A stretch of DNA of 64,000 bases. Source: Trichoplax adhaerens (taxonomy: Eukaryota; Animalia; Placozoa). The position numbers and the translations under genes are program-made. The number at the start of each line of letters is the position of its first letter. Positions within the stretch are counted from its first letter, which is position 1. The notes under the pieces were generated by a model. The model saw nothing but the letters and a program-made list of their open reading frames with translations. It did no database searches and was not told the origin of the DNA. The DNA is taken from positions 146,482 through 210,481 of the forward strand of contig NW_002060952.1 in the NCBI RefSeq assembly GCF_000150275.1. Direction: 5' to 3'. Of this stretch, positions 1 to 13,600 are shown in pieces.

Positions 1-2
1 TA

Positions 3-3000
3 GAATCAGCATTAAAAATTGATTCTCAAAGTCTTAGGTTACGTGGCTCTGTATATTCAGCTCTTAGTACCGCATATTGGCGCTTAGGTGATACCGATCG
101 AGCTATTCACTTTATGAATGAAGATCTTCAAGTTGCTAAACAACTAGAAGATGTTGACGGTGAATGCCGGGCTGTCGGAAATCTAGGAAATGCTTTGTTT
201 GCTAAGCACCGTAGTCAAGACGCGTTAACACACCTTCGTGAACAACTAAAATTATCTATGAGGAGAAAAGATCGCTCTAGTGCTGCAGTCGCATTAAGTA
301 GTCTTGGGCATGTATACTCTGCTCTTGGTGACATTAAGAATGCAATGGCAAGTCATAAGCAATGCCTTACCATTGTTTGCCAATTAAATGATAGAAAAAA
401 AGAAGGTCAGGAATTAGGGAGCCTTGGTTCTATTTACCTTTGTATGGGAAATTGGCAAAGTGCAATGGAATGTCATCAAAAGCACCTTGACATTGCTCTA
501 GAGTTAGAAGACAAACAGGAAGAAGCTAAAGTTTATAGCAACCTCGGTAGTTTGCATCAAGCCAAGCGAGATTATGCTAAAGCGGCTGAATATCATCAGG
601 AGGTATTAAAAATAGGTAAAGACTTACATGACTTATTAATACAAGCGAGAGGATTAGCGTGCCTCGGTCATATCAATAGAGTAACTAATAATCTAAAGCA
701 AGCTCGATTATATCACGAGCAACAGTTACAACTAACTACCGAAGCCAATGACTCAATCGGTAAAAGTAGAGCTTGTTCAAATTTAGGGATAGTATTGTAT
801 CTGCTTGGTGAATATCAAGAAGCTCTTAAATTACACAATACTCACTTAGAAAAAGCCAATCAAACTGAGGATTTAGCTGAACAATGCCTTGCCTATGGTA
901 ATATTGGCAACGTTTATTACTCATTAGGAAGTTACGATGAGGCAGTTCGTTATCATAAGCAAGCACTCTTAGCTTCAAAAAATACAAGTGATTACGTTGC
1001 AGAATGTAGTACTCATGGTAATTTAGCAATTGTTTATCAAGCCATGCATCAATTAGAAAAAGCAGAAAGCCATTATAGATTGCATCTTAGTATGGCCCAA
1101 GAATTTAATGATGAAAATAATGAACTCCGAGCTTTGAATAACCTAGGGAATTTTTATTGCTTCTTACACGATTATAGCCAAGCGATACCATACTATGAGA
1201 ATTATTTGACATTATGTATTGACGTAGGCGATACTGATGGTGAAGAAAGAGCTTATCATTGTTTGGGATATGTATACTATTGCCTAAATAATTATCAAGA
1301 AGCTATTAAATACTTTCGTAAAGATCTAGAATTTACAAAGTCTACTAATAACAAAAATTTCATCGGTCGTGCTTATTGCAACTTAGGTTGTGCTTATAAA
1401 ATGACTGGAAATTTTCAAGCAGCTTTATCGTGTATGAACGAATATGTTTCTATCGCTTCTGAAGTGAAATCTGCTAGTTTACTTTTCAGCGCTTATGGCC
1501 ATGTTGGAGATGTGTATCTTGCCCTAGGTAGTCAAAATCAGGCAATCCAGTTTTTCGATAAGCAGTTAAAGTTTGCAAAAGTGTTGAAAGACAAATCCAT
1601 GGAAGCTAACGCATATCAATCTCTTGGAAGTGCTTATCGAATTTTCAATTGCTATAATGAAGCGCTTGAAAATTATACTCACGAACGCAGAATTTTCGAG
1701 GAGTTAAATGATACTAGAGGAATCATTTGTGCATATGGTCATATAGGCTTAACCTATACAGCTCTAGGTCAATTCGAAAAAGCAATAGACTGCCATAAAC
1801 AACAGTTGGTACATGCTGAAGATACTGTAAAAGATGGAAAACTCGCTGGTCTAGCTCATGGTAGAATTGGTGTAAATTATCGACTTTTAGGATGCCTAGA
1901 TGACGCTTTGGACCATCATCTCAAACAGTTATCATTAATTGATGCCTTACGTGGCAATATAACACATAAATGCCGATCATATTGCGATTTAGGAGATACT
2001 TATGAAGCGCTTAAGAGATTTAAAGATGCCAGCGACTGCTTTGACAACTTACTATCTTTAGCACAAATAAGTGACAGAAAGCATGAACAAGAGCAAGGTT
2101 ACTTTGGTATTGGTAGATGTAGTAAGGCACTAGGCAACCTACAACAAGCATTGATATATTTTGAAAAACGTCTGGCTATTTCTCGAGATCTTCCTAACCG
2201 AATAATGGGTTCAGCATATAAAGAACTTGGCTATTTACATTGTCAAATGGGAAACTACGAACAGGCACGTGATTACTTTAATGAGCAAATGAGTATTGCA
2301 AATTCAGGTGAGGATAAGCAAGGAATATGCGATGCTTCTAGCGGCCTTGGCCAAGTGTATCAAAAGATGGGAAACTTCCAGGATTCGTTATATTATCATG
2401 AAAAGGACTTTGCTATTTCAAATGAGATAAATTTTCAATTTGGACAACTTCGAGCTTTGGGAGAAATAGGAAATGTATACGAAACAATTGGAAACCTAGA
2501 CCAAGCAATAGTATACCAAGAGCAACGCCTTAATCTTGCTGATACCATTCAAAATACCACGGCCAGTTGCAAAGCTCTCAGTTCTTTAGGTCGAATTCAT
2601 CATGCCCTTGGCGACTATGGTAAATCAGTAGAGTATTCAAAAAGAGCGTTGCAAATCGCTATGGACATTAATTCTCTTGAAGATCAAGCAAAAATCCATC
2701 ATCGGCTAGGCCTTTCATTATGGATGCTTGGTGAAGTAGCTCCTGCCGAAACTGCACTATATGATGCCTTAAGCATATTTGAGTCATTGAAATCAGATAT
2801 GATTGCACGTGATAATTACCAATTCTCAATTATTGATTTACACATTGCCTGTTGTCAGGCTTTGCAACGTGTTCTGATCAGTGTTAATAAGTATGAAGAA
2901 GCCCTAGTAATTGCTGAACGAGGACGCTCTCAGACTTTCATAGATATCTTACTAAAGAAACAGCGAGATAATAGTACAAATCGTGTCAACAATAACAGCT

Positions 3001-5717
3001 CATCCATCAGTTTAGAACTTATTTATACATTCGTCGATAAGCGAAAAGTACCAGTTTTATACTATTCCATTGCTCTAGGACACTTATATGTATGGGTTTT
3101 AAAGCCCAACGAAGGTGTTGTCAAATTTCAAGAATGCTTGGTAGACGATACAGAAGCTACCGACCCTATCGATCCAGAAAGTAGCATAGGCTCTATTAGT
3201 ATGACTTGTACATTACCTGTAATTGATCAGTATGTCACCAACATGAGGCAGGCTCTTGGCGTAGAATTACATCAACGATCTACAGCTAGTAGCATGCATT
3301 CATTGATTGCTATGCACAGTAGTAGTGCTTCAGAATGGGAAACTGATAGTGAAATGTTAGGGAGAAGTTTCGAAGAATTACATCGAGGTATCGATAATTA
3401 TTTGAGCTCTACTGAAGACGAATCTCGTCCTTATGCACTTGGTGTTAATAGACGTGGTAGTACTGCAAGTGCAAACAATCAATATAGTAAAAAGCGGAGT
3501 ACCTTAAATCGTCAACCGTTACGAGCCTTATACGATCTATTAATTACACCGATTGAGGATGCTTTACCAACTAATCCATCAAATAAGGAATTGATGCTTA
3601 TATTGCAAGGAGATCTATTTCTGGTACCCTTCAGTTTACTGAAAGGAACAATCAATAAAGAATATCTATACTCACGGTTTAGCCTAACTGTACTACCATC
3701 GTTAATGGCCATGAGTAACATTCAAGATGATTACAATCATTCTTTAATCTTATCTCCCGACAATGTACCAGCCCTCCTTGTAGGTAGTGCTGCTATTCCG
3801 AGCTACTGCGAGTTACCTAATGGAAGTGATGTAGAAATAAAATGTGTTTCATCGATAATAAGTCGGAGACCCCTAATAGGCAGAATGGCCACCAAGGACT
3901 ATGTACTCCGAAATTTAGCGGCCGCGGAATGCATTCACTTTAATGTTCACGTATCATGGAAGCTTTCGGCTATAATTTTATCATCAGGTACTTTAATTCT
4001 CTCTGTATAGATTAAATATAAATTTATATATATACTTTTAATTATAATTAATTTTATAACTCTTTAACTCATCAATTTTACTATACATTATTTGACATAT
4101 CGTATTTTTCCCTTATTCTTACACTTGTATTTTACTTACATCTTTGTTCTGTTTTATAAACAGATGAACTAAATATACCTACTGACGATGAGTCGGTTTA
4201 TAGCGATGGTTCGGATATAGCACCAGCACCAATGCAATTTCTTTTAACTCCAGCTGATATTCTTAGTTTAAAATTAAATGCTAAAGTAGTCACCATAAGC
4301 CCATATTCTAATCCGAGCGGCACTAATGGTGGTAGAATTACTTCTGATAGTATCCTAGCTTTATCACGTGCTTTTCTTGAGGCGGGAGCGATTTCTGTAT
4401 TAGTGTCTTTGTGGCCAGTACAAGAAGACGTGTCGATAATATTCTTTCGATGCTTTTATCAGTGTTTGACTCATGGCATGACTGTAAATCAGTCATTAAC
4501 TCAAGCCATGTCTGTAGTAAGACATACCAAGAAATTATCTCATCCATCTTATTGGGCCGGTTACTTACTTCTTGGTGACGGAACTAACGCAGTTTTTAGT
4601 AATAAATCATCTTTACTAGCTTTTTCTCTTGGTAAAATTTTATCGGAACCTAGAGAATGTCGTGAGCCGCTAAAGGTTATTTTGCATTTGGTAAGTTGTA
4701 AAGCAAATGCATAGTAAAGGTTGGGACGAATGGCTATTACTTTCATTGCCCTCTAATTTATTAATGTTATTGATTATTAATATAAATAGATTAAAAAGGC
4801 GTATCAGCGGATTAAGATAGGACAAAATTCAAACATGTACACATCTCAAGATAGTATTGGAAAAAAAGTACAATGGATAAATGGTTGGAAAGAAATTTTA
4901 CTTTCGGTTGGATTTCGTCTTGAGCCTGAAAATAAAAATTTGCCTGCATCTGTATTTTTTCCCAATGATGATTACTACAATAGAATTTCCTTATCAATTG
5001 AATGCCTGCATGCACTTTTAGGTCAGTAGTAGTAAGCTATTTCTTATTTTATCTGTATTGTTGATATATTAAACATTTTTAAATCATAGTATATGCAAAT
5101 TAGTAATAGATATGTTTGCTGTTGCTTATTGATCACATTAATTCTTGATTACAGGTTTAAATTCTCGCTCTTTATTGAGTATATCTCAATTATTAAAAAA
5201 TCCTAGTCACGTTGCCCCGTTACTAAATGTGGTATGTAGAGTACAAAAGTTATAGCTTAGCGTATCTTAGTTACAATTAGTATAAAAAAACTTACTGTTG
5301 TATTAACTAACTATAAATATAGATCAATGACTTTATTAATCAAAATCCTGGCGAAGCTGGTGCAGTAACGAAATTCACATTGAACGGCCGTTCGTGGCAT
5401 AGTCCTGGTTGTCATGAACTGTTAGCAGGCCTTGGTTTCGATATGCTAAGTATCAGTAAAGAAAGCGTCGTTTTATCATCCAGAAACGTTAAGAATATGA
5501 GATTCGTTCAAAGTACTAGAAAAGCTCTTAACTTATTATTTGGTACGTTCTTCTGTTGCACCTAGGCCTAAAACTGCTTCTGCATCTAAATTTAATTTTT
5601 CTTTCCTTCTACAAATTAGACTATGGAAAAGACAATGGAACCCTTCACCGATCCAATAGTAAACAAACGGTAATCCTGAGTGATACCATAGATAACTTAG
5701 AGGCCATTTCTGTTTAA
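3..5717 (+). CDS. TTC28: Tetratricopeptide repeat protein 28 (TPR array + CHAT-like domain + C-terminal domain), 5'-partial
   Basis: Frame is open from position 3 (ESALKIDSQSLRLRGSVYSALSTAYW, matching TTC28 LEAALKIG..LKLRGSVFSALSSAYW), so the start lies upstream of the window. Many TPR repeats (A.GNLG.Y..LG), then CHAT-like motifs (LRALYDLLITPI, CIHFNVHVSW, VLVSLWPV, HPSYWAGYLLLG) and MYTSQ..I.KKV. Phase-consistent exons: <1-3987, 4164-4690, 4790-5021, 5155-5231, 5323-5542, 5620-5717 (ends EAISV*). Confidence 0.95.
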
Positions 5718-7959
5718 AGTGAGCGTGAGATCGACTATGGTATCACTATTATCATTAACACATTATCATACATGATGACCTCATATATAATAGAATATCT
5801 CATCAATCGACACCAATAATTCTGGTCATTACTACCATATGTATTTATTAATATTAAATCGAAACTATTCTTGATACGTTATTAGTTTATATGATTACTT
5901 TTAGACTTTCGAATGAATCTATATTTTATCTTCAAATGCGAATAGCGCTGTTGTCTCTTTCTGTAATCTATATAAATATGTATATAAGAATATATAATTA
6001 GATGTGCACCTATGGATTCTGCTGCATGCGTGCATGTACAGATATTTTATGTAGTAAATAATTATATTGCAAAATAATTTGTAAATAATTATCATTAGAA
6101 TGATTGCTGCGATGATCCGGCTTACGTATTGATGAAAATAGACATATACAAGCGTACAAAATGGATAGCATTTTGTATTACAAATTTATTCTACGTCATT
6201 TTTCTCGTACTTTTACTTGAATTCGATATCATGGAAGAAAATTCGATTAAGATAATATTCACTGTAAATTATATTTTTATGTAATATTGTATCATTAACG
6301 ACGACATAGATTTTTTTAGCGGGAAGAAATATTTCTATATTCAGTATAATTATTGGGCTGTCTGTTAATACAGATAAGTCGTATTTATTTATTGGCAAAT
6401 AGTCATCCATAAATTCTATTAAGAGTGTATATCAGTATCATTTATTCATCACTCATTTTTATTTTTATATCTACATTATATGGTAATTAATGTGAAAGAT
6501 TTCTTTAGATATACTTGGCTCAGTTCTCTTAGTGGTACACGTATAGTCGTGAGCTGTATTATTTCTATTACAAAATTTTGTTACAACTGAGTTAACGCTC
6601 AACTTATTTGTCGGACATGTACAACTATCGCGCGTGTTAGTCTGATATTTTAAATGATTGTAATCTCTGTATAATTTTAATGATTAAAGTGATGATTAAC
6701 TAATGCTGCGCGTGATCAAACCCTTAATGTATTAAGTAGACACCTATCTGAGGGAAGATCAACATTTGAGTCTAAAAATTTCATAGATTAGATTAATTGC
6801 TGTCTGCTAGGCACAACTTGTTTGAGCTGAAATTAATAATTCTCTATAGTGTCCAGCTGTTTTATGCTCCCCTACGATGGGTCAAAAAAGTGAAGTATGG
6901 TGTTAGTAAAACACCCGCTGACTTTCTTTTAAATTTATGGTATTAACCTTGACCAATCGAACTGTAGAACAGAAACTGCATATCATCTCATTAGTTTATT
7001 TACTTAACTACAGTAATTACCCTATTTGATACATGAGCGTGTTCATTCTATTCAATAGTTCATCCCATAAACTATAGTGTAACAATTGGTATATTTAGTA
7101 TATAATTGGTTATTCGTGACTGTGTCAGACTGACTAATTTGGGACATAGATACCGTGCCTAATGTCATACCATATATTTAAGTGCTATAAATTTTAGAAT
7201 CCCATACAATTATAAGGTACTGTACGTTAAAGCAGCAATTATTTTAGGCTGGGTAAGATCTATACTGGTATAAACATCTATTATCATTCATTTATTAGGC
7301 TTGATCATATCAAATTGATTTATCTATACACCAGTACTACTACTGTACATACAATCAAAGTATCGACAATTCTACAGTGATAATAGCTTATTATAATTAT
7401 GAAAGCGGTAATCAACAAAAGCTAGCGTAGGAGACCCATAGATCTTGCTGTGCAACCATCCATTAACTATTAGTCACCATGATATCGAAGGGATTGATCT
7501 ATAATAAAAAATAATGTATAATTTAAGATATTTGCTTCATTTTATAACCATCTTCTTATAAGATATGTTCAAAATGGTGTCTACAAGACTAGTAGGTGAG
7601 ATATATCTCTCTCACGGTATATCTATCAATTTTATTTATTACATAATGATATCATACCGATTGATCTAGGACTGAAAATGAGTCAGTACTGTATAATTTA
7701 ATGTTATTAAGCACACTCTCATAGCAGGTTAGTTTAAATTTACTAATCTGAATACTACTACATGAGATATCCATAGCACCGCAGGCAATTATTAATTAAT
7801 TCATTATGATTGATCTACGTGATAAAGTGTCTAATCTAAATTTAATAAAGTATGAAGCCTCTGCATCTTAGGAAAATAATTCACTTTATTACATGGGATT
7901 ACGTCTTCTACCAAGGACTGCAATAACTCTCATAATTTTATGATCATCCATTTTAAGGC

Positions 7960-8600
7960 ACCGCTAAACTGTTCAAGAAGCAGCGTATCAGCTGACTGAT
8001 GTAAAATGATGACATTAGTGCGATAGCGTATATTCAAGAAAAGTATCATTTTAAGCGAATTATACCATTCAGAGGCCAGTCTGAGCTTAGAAGATATCGT
8101 TAGAGCAGGCATGTAAAGACTCGCTGATATGATCTATGCTGATCTGTAGGTCTCCATTTAAAAAATTGGCTAGCATCATTAAAGGAATAGATAGTATTCT
8201 AGTGGCATTTTCTTAGAATATACCGTTAGAGCAGCATGTATATATGTATTATGGCCTACGTTTTCCCGTAACATATACAGTGCTGTATATGCAAACGGAC
8301 AAAGGTCTGGCAGATGTATCTATATAGATCTCCATTCCAAAAATATTATTATTAAAAGCGACTACATCATTCTGCGGGCTTTCTCTTAGAAGATCCTGTT
8401 AGAGTTGTAATGTGAAGACTACCGGTAGTAGATAAGACCTATGCTAACCTATCGCTTTACATTCAAAAAATATCATTTACGGGAAATACGACTCGTGTAT
8501 CATTCTGTAAGCATTCCCTTAGAAGATCTCCTTTTAGCAGCAATGTAAATTCACTAGCCGAAAAGATCTGCAATGAGCTTTAGATCTCACGATACAATTA
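7960..8600. repeat. Decayed tandem duplication, about 4 copies of 130-170 bp
   Basis: Recurring TTAGAAGAT..GTTAGAGCAG..ATGTAAAGACT-like cores near 8087, 8213, 8386 and 8519. Confidence 0.6.
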
Positions 8601-8935
8601 TAAATTCCAATTATTAGTCCACTAATTGACTTCTTGTAGTCATAATGTTATGCATTTTACGGCTGAAGCCCGAATAAGAGTACATATACTTTAAGTAAGA
8701 TTACTTGCTACAGCTACAAAGAAAGGAAACCAGCTTCGTTTACTTCTTTTCAGATATGCAATAAAATTAAATACTTTCGTAGTGCAATAAAATGATTCAA
8801 TACTTTGCTTTTTACTTAAAGGTACCTGCATAGGCGTCTAAAGCTGGAAATTTGAAAGATTTTACTCTTCATTTAGGCTTTAGTCGGCTATTATGCATAA
8901 TAGATGCATAATAGCTGGATCGGGTTTTAGCCGTG

Positions 8936-10130
8936 ACATATATATATACGTATATATTGCTGTATAGAGAGATATACAGAAAGGCAAACTTGACCTATTG
9001 CATTGGTATGATATATATGACAGTAACAAATATATACGTATATATTGCTATATAGAGTGATATACAGAAAGGCAAACTTGACCTATTGCATTGGTATGAT
9101 ATATATGACAATAACAAATATATACGTCTATATTGCTATATAGAGAGATATACAGAAAGGCAAACTTGACCTATTGCATTGGTAGGATATATATGACAAT
9201 AACAAATATATACGTCTATATTGCTATATAGAGAGATATACAGAAAGGCAAACTTGACCTATTGCATTGGTATGATATATATACATATATAAGGTCTATC
9301 AAATGGTAATACTATCTGTTAAATGAGCACATTATCGTAAACCGTCAGCAAAGCGACGGGAGTTTGCACTAGTATATATGACAGTAACAAATATATACGT
9401 ATACATTGCTATATAGAGTGATATACAGAAAGGCAAACTTGACCTATTGCATTGGTATGATATATATGACAATAACAAATATATACGTCTATATTGCTAT
9501 ATAGAGAGATATACAGAAAGGCAAACTTGACCTATTGCATTGGTATGATATATATGACAATAACAAATATATACGTCTATATTGCTATATAGAGAGATAT
9601 ACAAAGATAAATTTCACCTGCTGCATTGGTATGATATAGATACGTACATGTTGCTATATAAAGAGATATATAGAAAGACAAATTTGGTCTATTGCATTGG
9701 TATGATCTATGCACGTCTATATTGCTATATAGAGAGATTTAAAGAAAGATCAATTTGACCTATTGCATGGGCATGATATATATATATATATATATATTGC
9801 TATCTCTCTCTTTCTATATATGTTGACAGAAAGACAAATTCGACCTATTCCATTGCATTGATATTGAGTGATATCTGTCCGTTGTGATAGGGCCGATAGC
9901 CAACACCATCCGATCGATGGAGACACTTTTAAGATATACGAGTATCGATGGAGATATATATATATGGAAAGACAAATTGAACCTATTCCATTGCATATTG
10001 AGTGTTATCGGTCCGTTATGATAGGCCAATAGCCAAGCCTGTTGTCTATCTGAGGTAACTTTGACGACATACTTGTCTCTCTCCGGTAGAGATTTACCAA
10101 AAGACAAATTTGATCTATTCCACTAGTATT
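8936..10130. repeat. 88-bp minisatellite (about 6 near-identical units, then shorter degenerate units)
   Basis: Core AAGGCAAACTTGACCTATTGCATTGG starts at 8981, 9069, 9157, 9245, 9430 and 9518. The period is 88, except one 185-nt step caused by a 97-nt insertion. Degenerate cores continue near 9606, 9675, 9745, 9830, 9968 and 10100. Confidence 0.95.
9276..9372 (+). mobile_element. Probable non-autonomous mini-Helitron (97 bp)
   Basis: Inserted between A and T of the repeat unit (GGTATGA|TATATATGAC) with no target-site duplication. The 3' end has the hairpin CCGTC-A-GC-AAA-GC-GACGG (9342-9359), 9 nt of spacer, then CTAG. The 5' end is TATATATACATATATAA rather than canonical TC. Confidence 0.7.
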
Positions 10131-10631
10131 GAGTGCATCGATCGATCTGTTATGCTAGGCCGGATAGCCGTAAGTCATTGCTTAGTAGATAGCATTAAAA
10201 TAGTGGAAATTAAATCAGCAGATATACCAGCAAACCCAGCCAAAGCATGAGTAACCTTGGCTCCTCTACAGTCCAAGATGCATTGGTCGACGATCGATAG
10301 GCTTACTACTGAGTCATGACTACAACGCCTATATATACACATAGTATCATGGATACAGGTTGCAGCAGAAGCTAGCGTAGCCATACGTTTCAAACCATAA
10401 TTGATAGCTTGTAGTAACCCAAGTAGGATTTGCCTTGGCCACCTTAGCTGACATTCATCAGTTATTCTCATCATTAATTCATGAAGGAAAAGTAGAATTG
10501 ATTAATTGGATCATCAGTAGCAAAAGTCAAGATCGATAGAGACTACTATAATATCTGATGGTGTTAGCTGGTGAAGAATTATCTTATTGGTAGGTTGCAG
10601 TTGTAGACATCTGCCATCGAGGAGTGGGGAA

Positions 10632-13600
10632 ATGTTTCGAATTAGTAAAAAAAGTAAAGAGAAAGATAAAGATCGCGATAAAAAAATCGATGGGAAAAAG
10701 AGTAAGAAAGAGAAAAAAACACGCGAAAGAGCTTATTATATGGTAGGAGAGGATGATGAACGAAAGCAAACTTTACCGTTAATGCAACAATCAGGCGGCG
10801 ATGAGGATATGGAAACCAGTAGTTATACTGGTAGTCAATATGAAAGGACCAATAGTGGCGGCAGTCATCATGGTAGTAGTAGTAATGTTAGTAGTAGTTT
10901 TTGGGGATCCAAGAAAGTCTATCATATTCAACGTGAACATGCTAACTTGAGGAAAGAAACGACTACGAATCAATCCAATACCAAGACTGGTAGTCATAAC
11001 GATTTAAGAATGTCACCTCCTCCTATTTCCAAGCGTAAAAGTTCACTTAAATTTATCCCTAAAGTCAATCAACAACGTTCCGATTGGTCAGCTACGTCCA
11101 GTGGTAAAAATCCAACGCCAAATCAACCTTCTCTTCCTCCTTCTTCTACCGAATCGACTACCAAAGCAACTGTCATTACACAAATGCATAATATTAGCAG
11201 TGATCGTATCTCTCATCGCCCGTTGAAAAAGGTCGAAGAAACGATCTGTGCTGAATTTGCTAGTGGACAAGATGCAGCTGCGACCAATACAAGCCATCCA
11301 AGTGATGCAAATCGACAAACACTAACTCTCTCTTTACCCCCGTTAAAGCCATTATTTACGACCGATGTCTCACGAACGGTAACCATCCCAACGCAAACTC
11401 TCATCGCTCATCATGGCGTTAAAGTTCAACAGGAAAATTTAACGCGTTTACGTAGCCGTAGTCAAAGTACAATCTTTTTACTCCATGGCATTGATGATAT
11501 TCTACTTGGCGATCGATTATTAACGATTGATGGTGTTTCTGTGGAAAGGAAAAGTCTACAAGAGATACGCCAATTATTGGCATTGGCTAGTAGGATTGGT
11601 GATGCTGCCACCATGACAAAACTCACGGTAGTGCCTATCCCTGATCTTTATGAATTATATGCTCGAATTGATCGAAAATATCAACTACAACCACAAGACC
11701 ATGATCAGGTTAGTCCAATATTCTTGTCTAATTATCATCTCTATCTTACACTACATCAATTTTATTCATTCTGCCTTCAAGTCCATCAATTGATGATGAT
11801 GATGATGATTAAGTTATCAAACAATAATCAATAAAGTGATCATGTTTTTATCACTACACTCCATGCGATGCAAAATGCTCTTTTATGGGTTGTTTGAGGC
11901 CAGAGATTATTTTGATTGCTTTGCCTCTGTCTAATATAAAATATCCCTCACTCTTTCTGCACCCAAATTGAATTGAATGATTGCTCATATCGGTAATATC
12001 TTTTCTACTTCCTCTTTGATGCAATCATGTTAAAAATCAACTTCCAAATCCATCAACCCTAGTGTCGAGTGTCTCTCTCTCTTTCTGTTTGCAGTCACAA
12101 ATCGAATTGAATGATTGCTCATATCCGTCAAAATAGCTTTTCTACTCTCTCCTTGATGCAATCCATGTTCCAAATCCATGAACCCTAGTGTCGAGTGTCT
12201 CTCTCTCTTTCTCTTTGCAGTCACAAATCGAATTGAATGATTGCTCATATCCGTCAAAATAGCTTTCTACTCTCCTTGATGTAATCATCTTCAAAATCCA
12301 TGAACCCTAGTGTAGAACTTCCCTCTGTGTTTGCAGAGACAAATGGAATTGAAGGATTGCTCATATCCGTAATATGCTTTCTAGTAGTTCATTGACGCAA
12401 TCATGTTGCAAATCCAATTCAAAATCCATCATCATCATCTTAACAACACCTATTCACTATTTAGGATCGCCATGACGCCATGCCCCTGGGCAAAAAGATG
12501 ATGTAGAGTATCAAGAACAGCTTGATTTTTTTTCTCTCCTCTCTTTTCGCATTTTTTTTTTAATGACGCTGGTCGATCGTAAAATAGTGTAGGCCACAAC
12601 GCTAGCGGCCCGCTATCGCAGTGATTTTGAATGGATTGCTCATGACTAGGTAGAACCTAAATAGTTGGATGGAAAATGCTATCCTAGCGTAGTGGTGCAC
12701 ATCATGACTGCAAAATCAATATGTATACTATTGAAGGCCAATGGCATACAACTAATTAACGATGTCTTAACAAATGGATTCATTATCCTACTGGAAAACT
12801 GATGTAAAATGCCTTAAATAGTTTAAGTAGAAATGGACATCCAATATAGCGATACCAATGTAAAGGAATATGAATAATATTCTAATCGAATTAATTAGGC
12901 GATAGGAAAATGGACGAGAAGCTAGCAGAATCTAGATAGATAAAATTCAAGTTGCTGCGGACTGTTGAAAAGTAAAAATTGATATCACCCTTTCGATCTG
13001 ATACCAGATCGAAAGGGTGATAAATTGAAATCCACATCCACTTTTCGATCAAATAAGAGCAGTATGAAAAATGATCAGATCGATCTGGTCATTAAATGAA
13101 ATTGACATGTAGTTTTACATCAATTAGTGAAAGAGTACGATGAAGAAGAACCAAATCGATATTATGATCAAATCTACATCGACTTTTCAATCCAGTACCA
13201 TGTAGAAGAACCAAATTGATACTTCGATCTAGTTTTACGTTCAAATAGTGTAATTGTACGATGAAGAAGAACCAGATCGATTGGGTGATCAATTGAAATT
13301 TAGATGTAGTAAAAGTGTACGATCAAGAAAAACCAAATCGATCAAATGATAAAAATTACATCATGTTTTCAAGTTAATAGATGTATAATGAAGCCAATTC
13401 GTGAAATCGACATCAACTTTTCGATCAAATAAGATGAAAAATAAGCAAATCGATCAGATGATAAATTGAAATTAGATTTTCAATGACATCTAGTTTTACA
13501 TCAAATAGTGAAAATGATCGATGAAGAAGAATAAGCAGAGCAGATCGATCAGGTCATGCATACATCAATTGAAATCGACATCAAGGTTTACATTCAGTTT

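Noticed and set aside
114-4010. Intronless TPR-CHAT ORF as a bacterial (horizontally acquired or contaminant) gene
   Set aside because: It continues through five spliced exons with TTC28-specific motifs and sits among animal genes.
11709-11834. Poly-Met C-terminus of the 415-aa ORF as a stand-alone PDZ protein
   Set aside because: Read-through into intron 1 across a (TGA)n microsatellite. The donor CAG|GTTAGT at 11708 joins in phase to the myosin SH3-like exon at 16074.
12440-12640. GC-richer patch in MYO18 intron 1 as an internal promoter for a PDZ-less (beta-type) isoform
   Set aside because: Plausible by analogy with vertebrate MYO18A, but I found no in-frame ATG exon with a donor site to support it.
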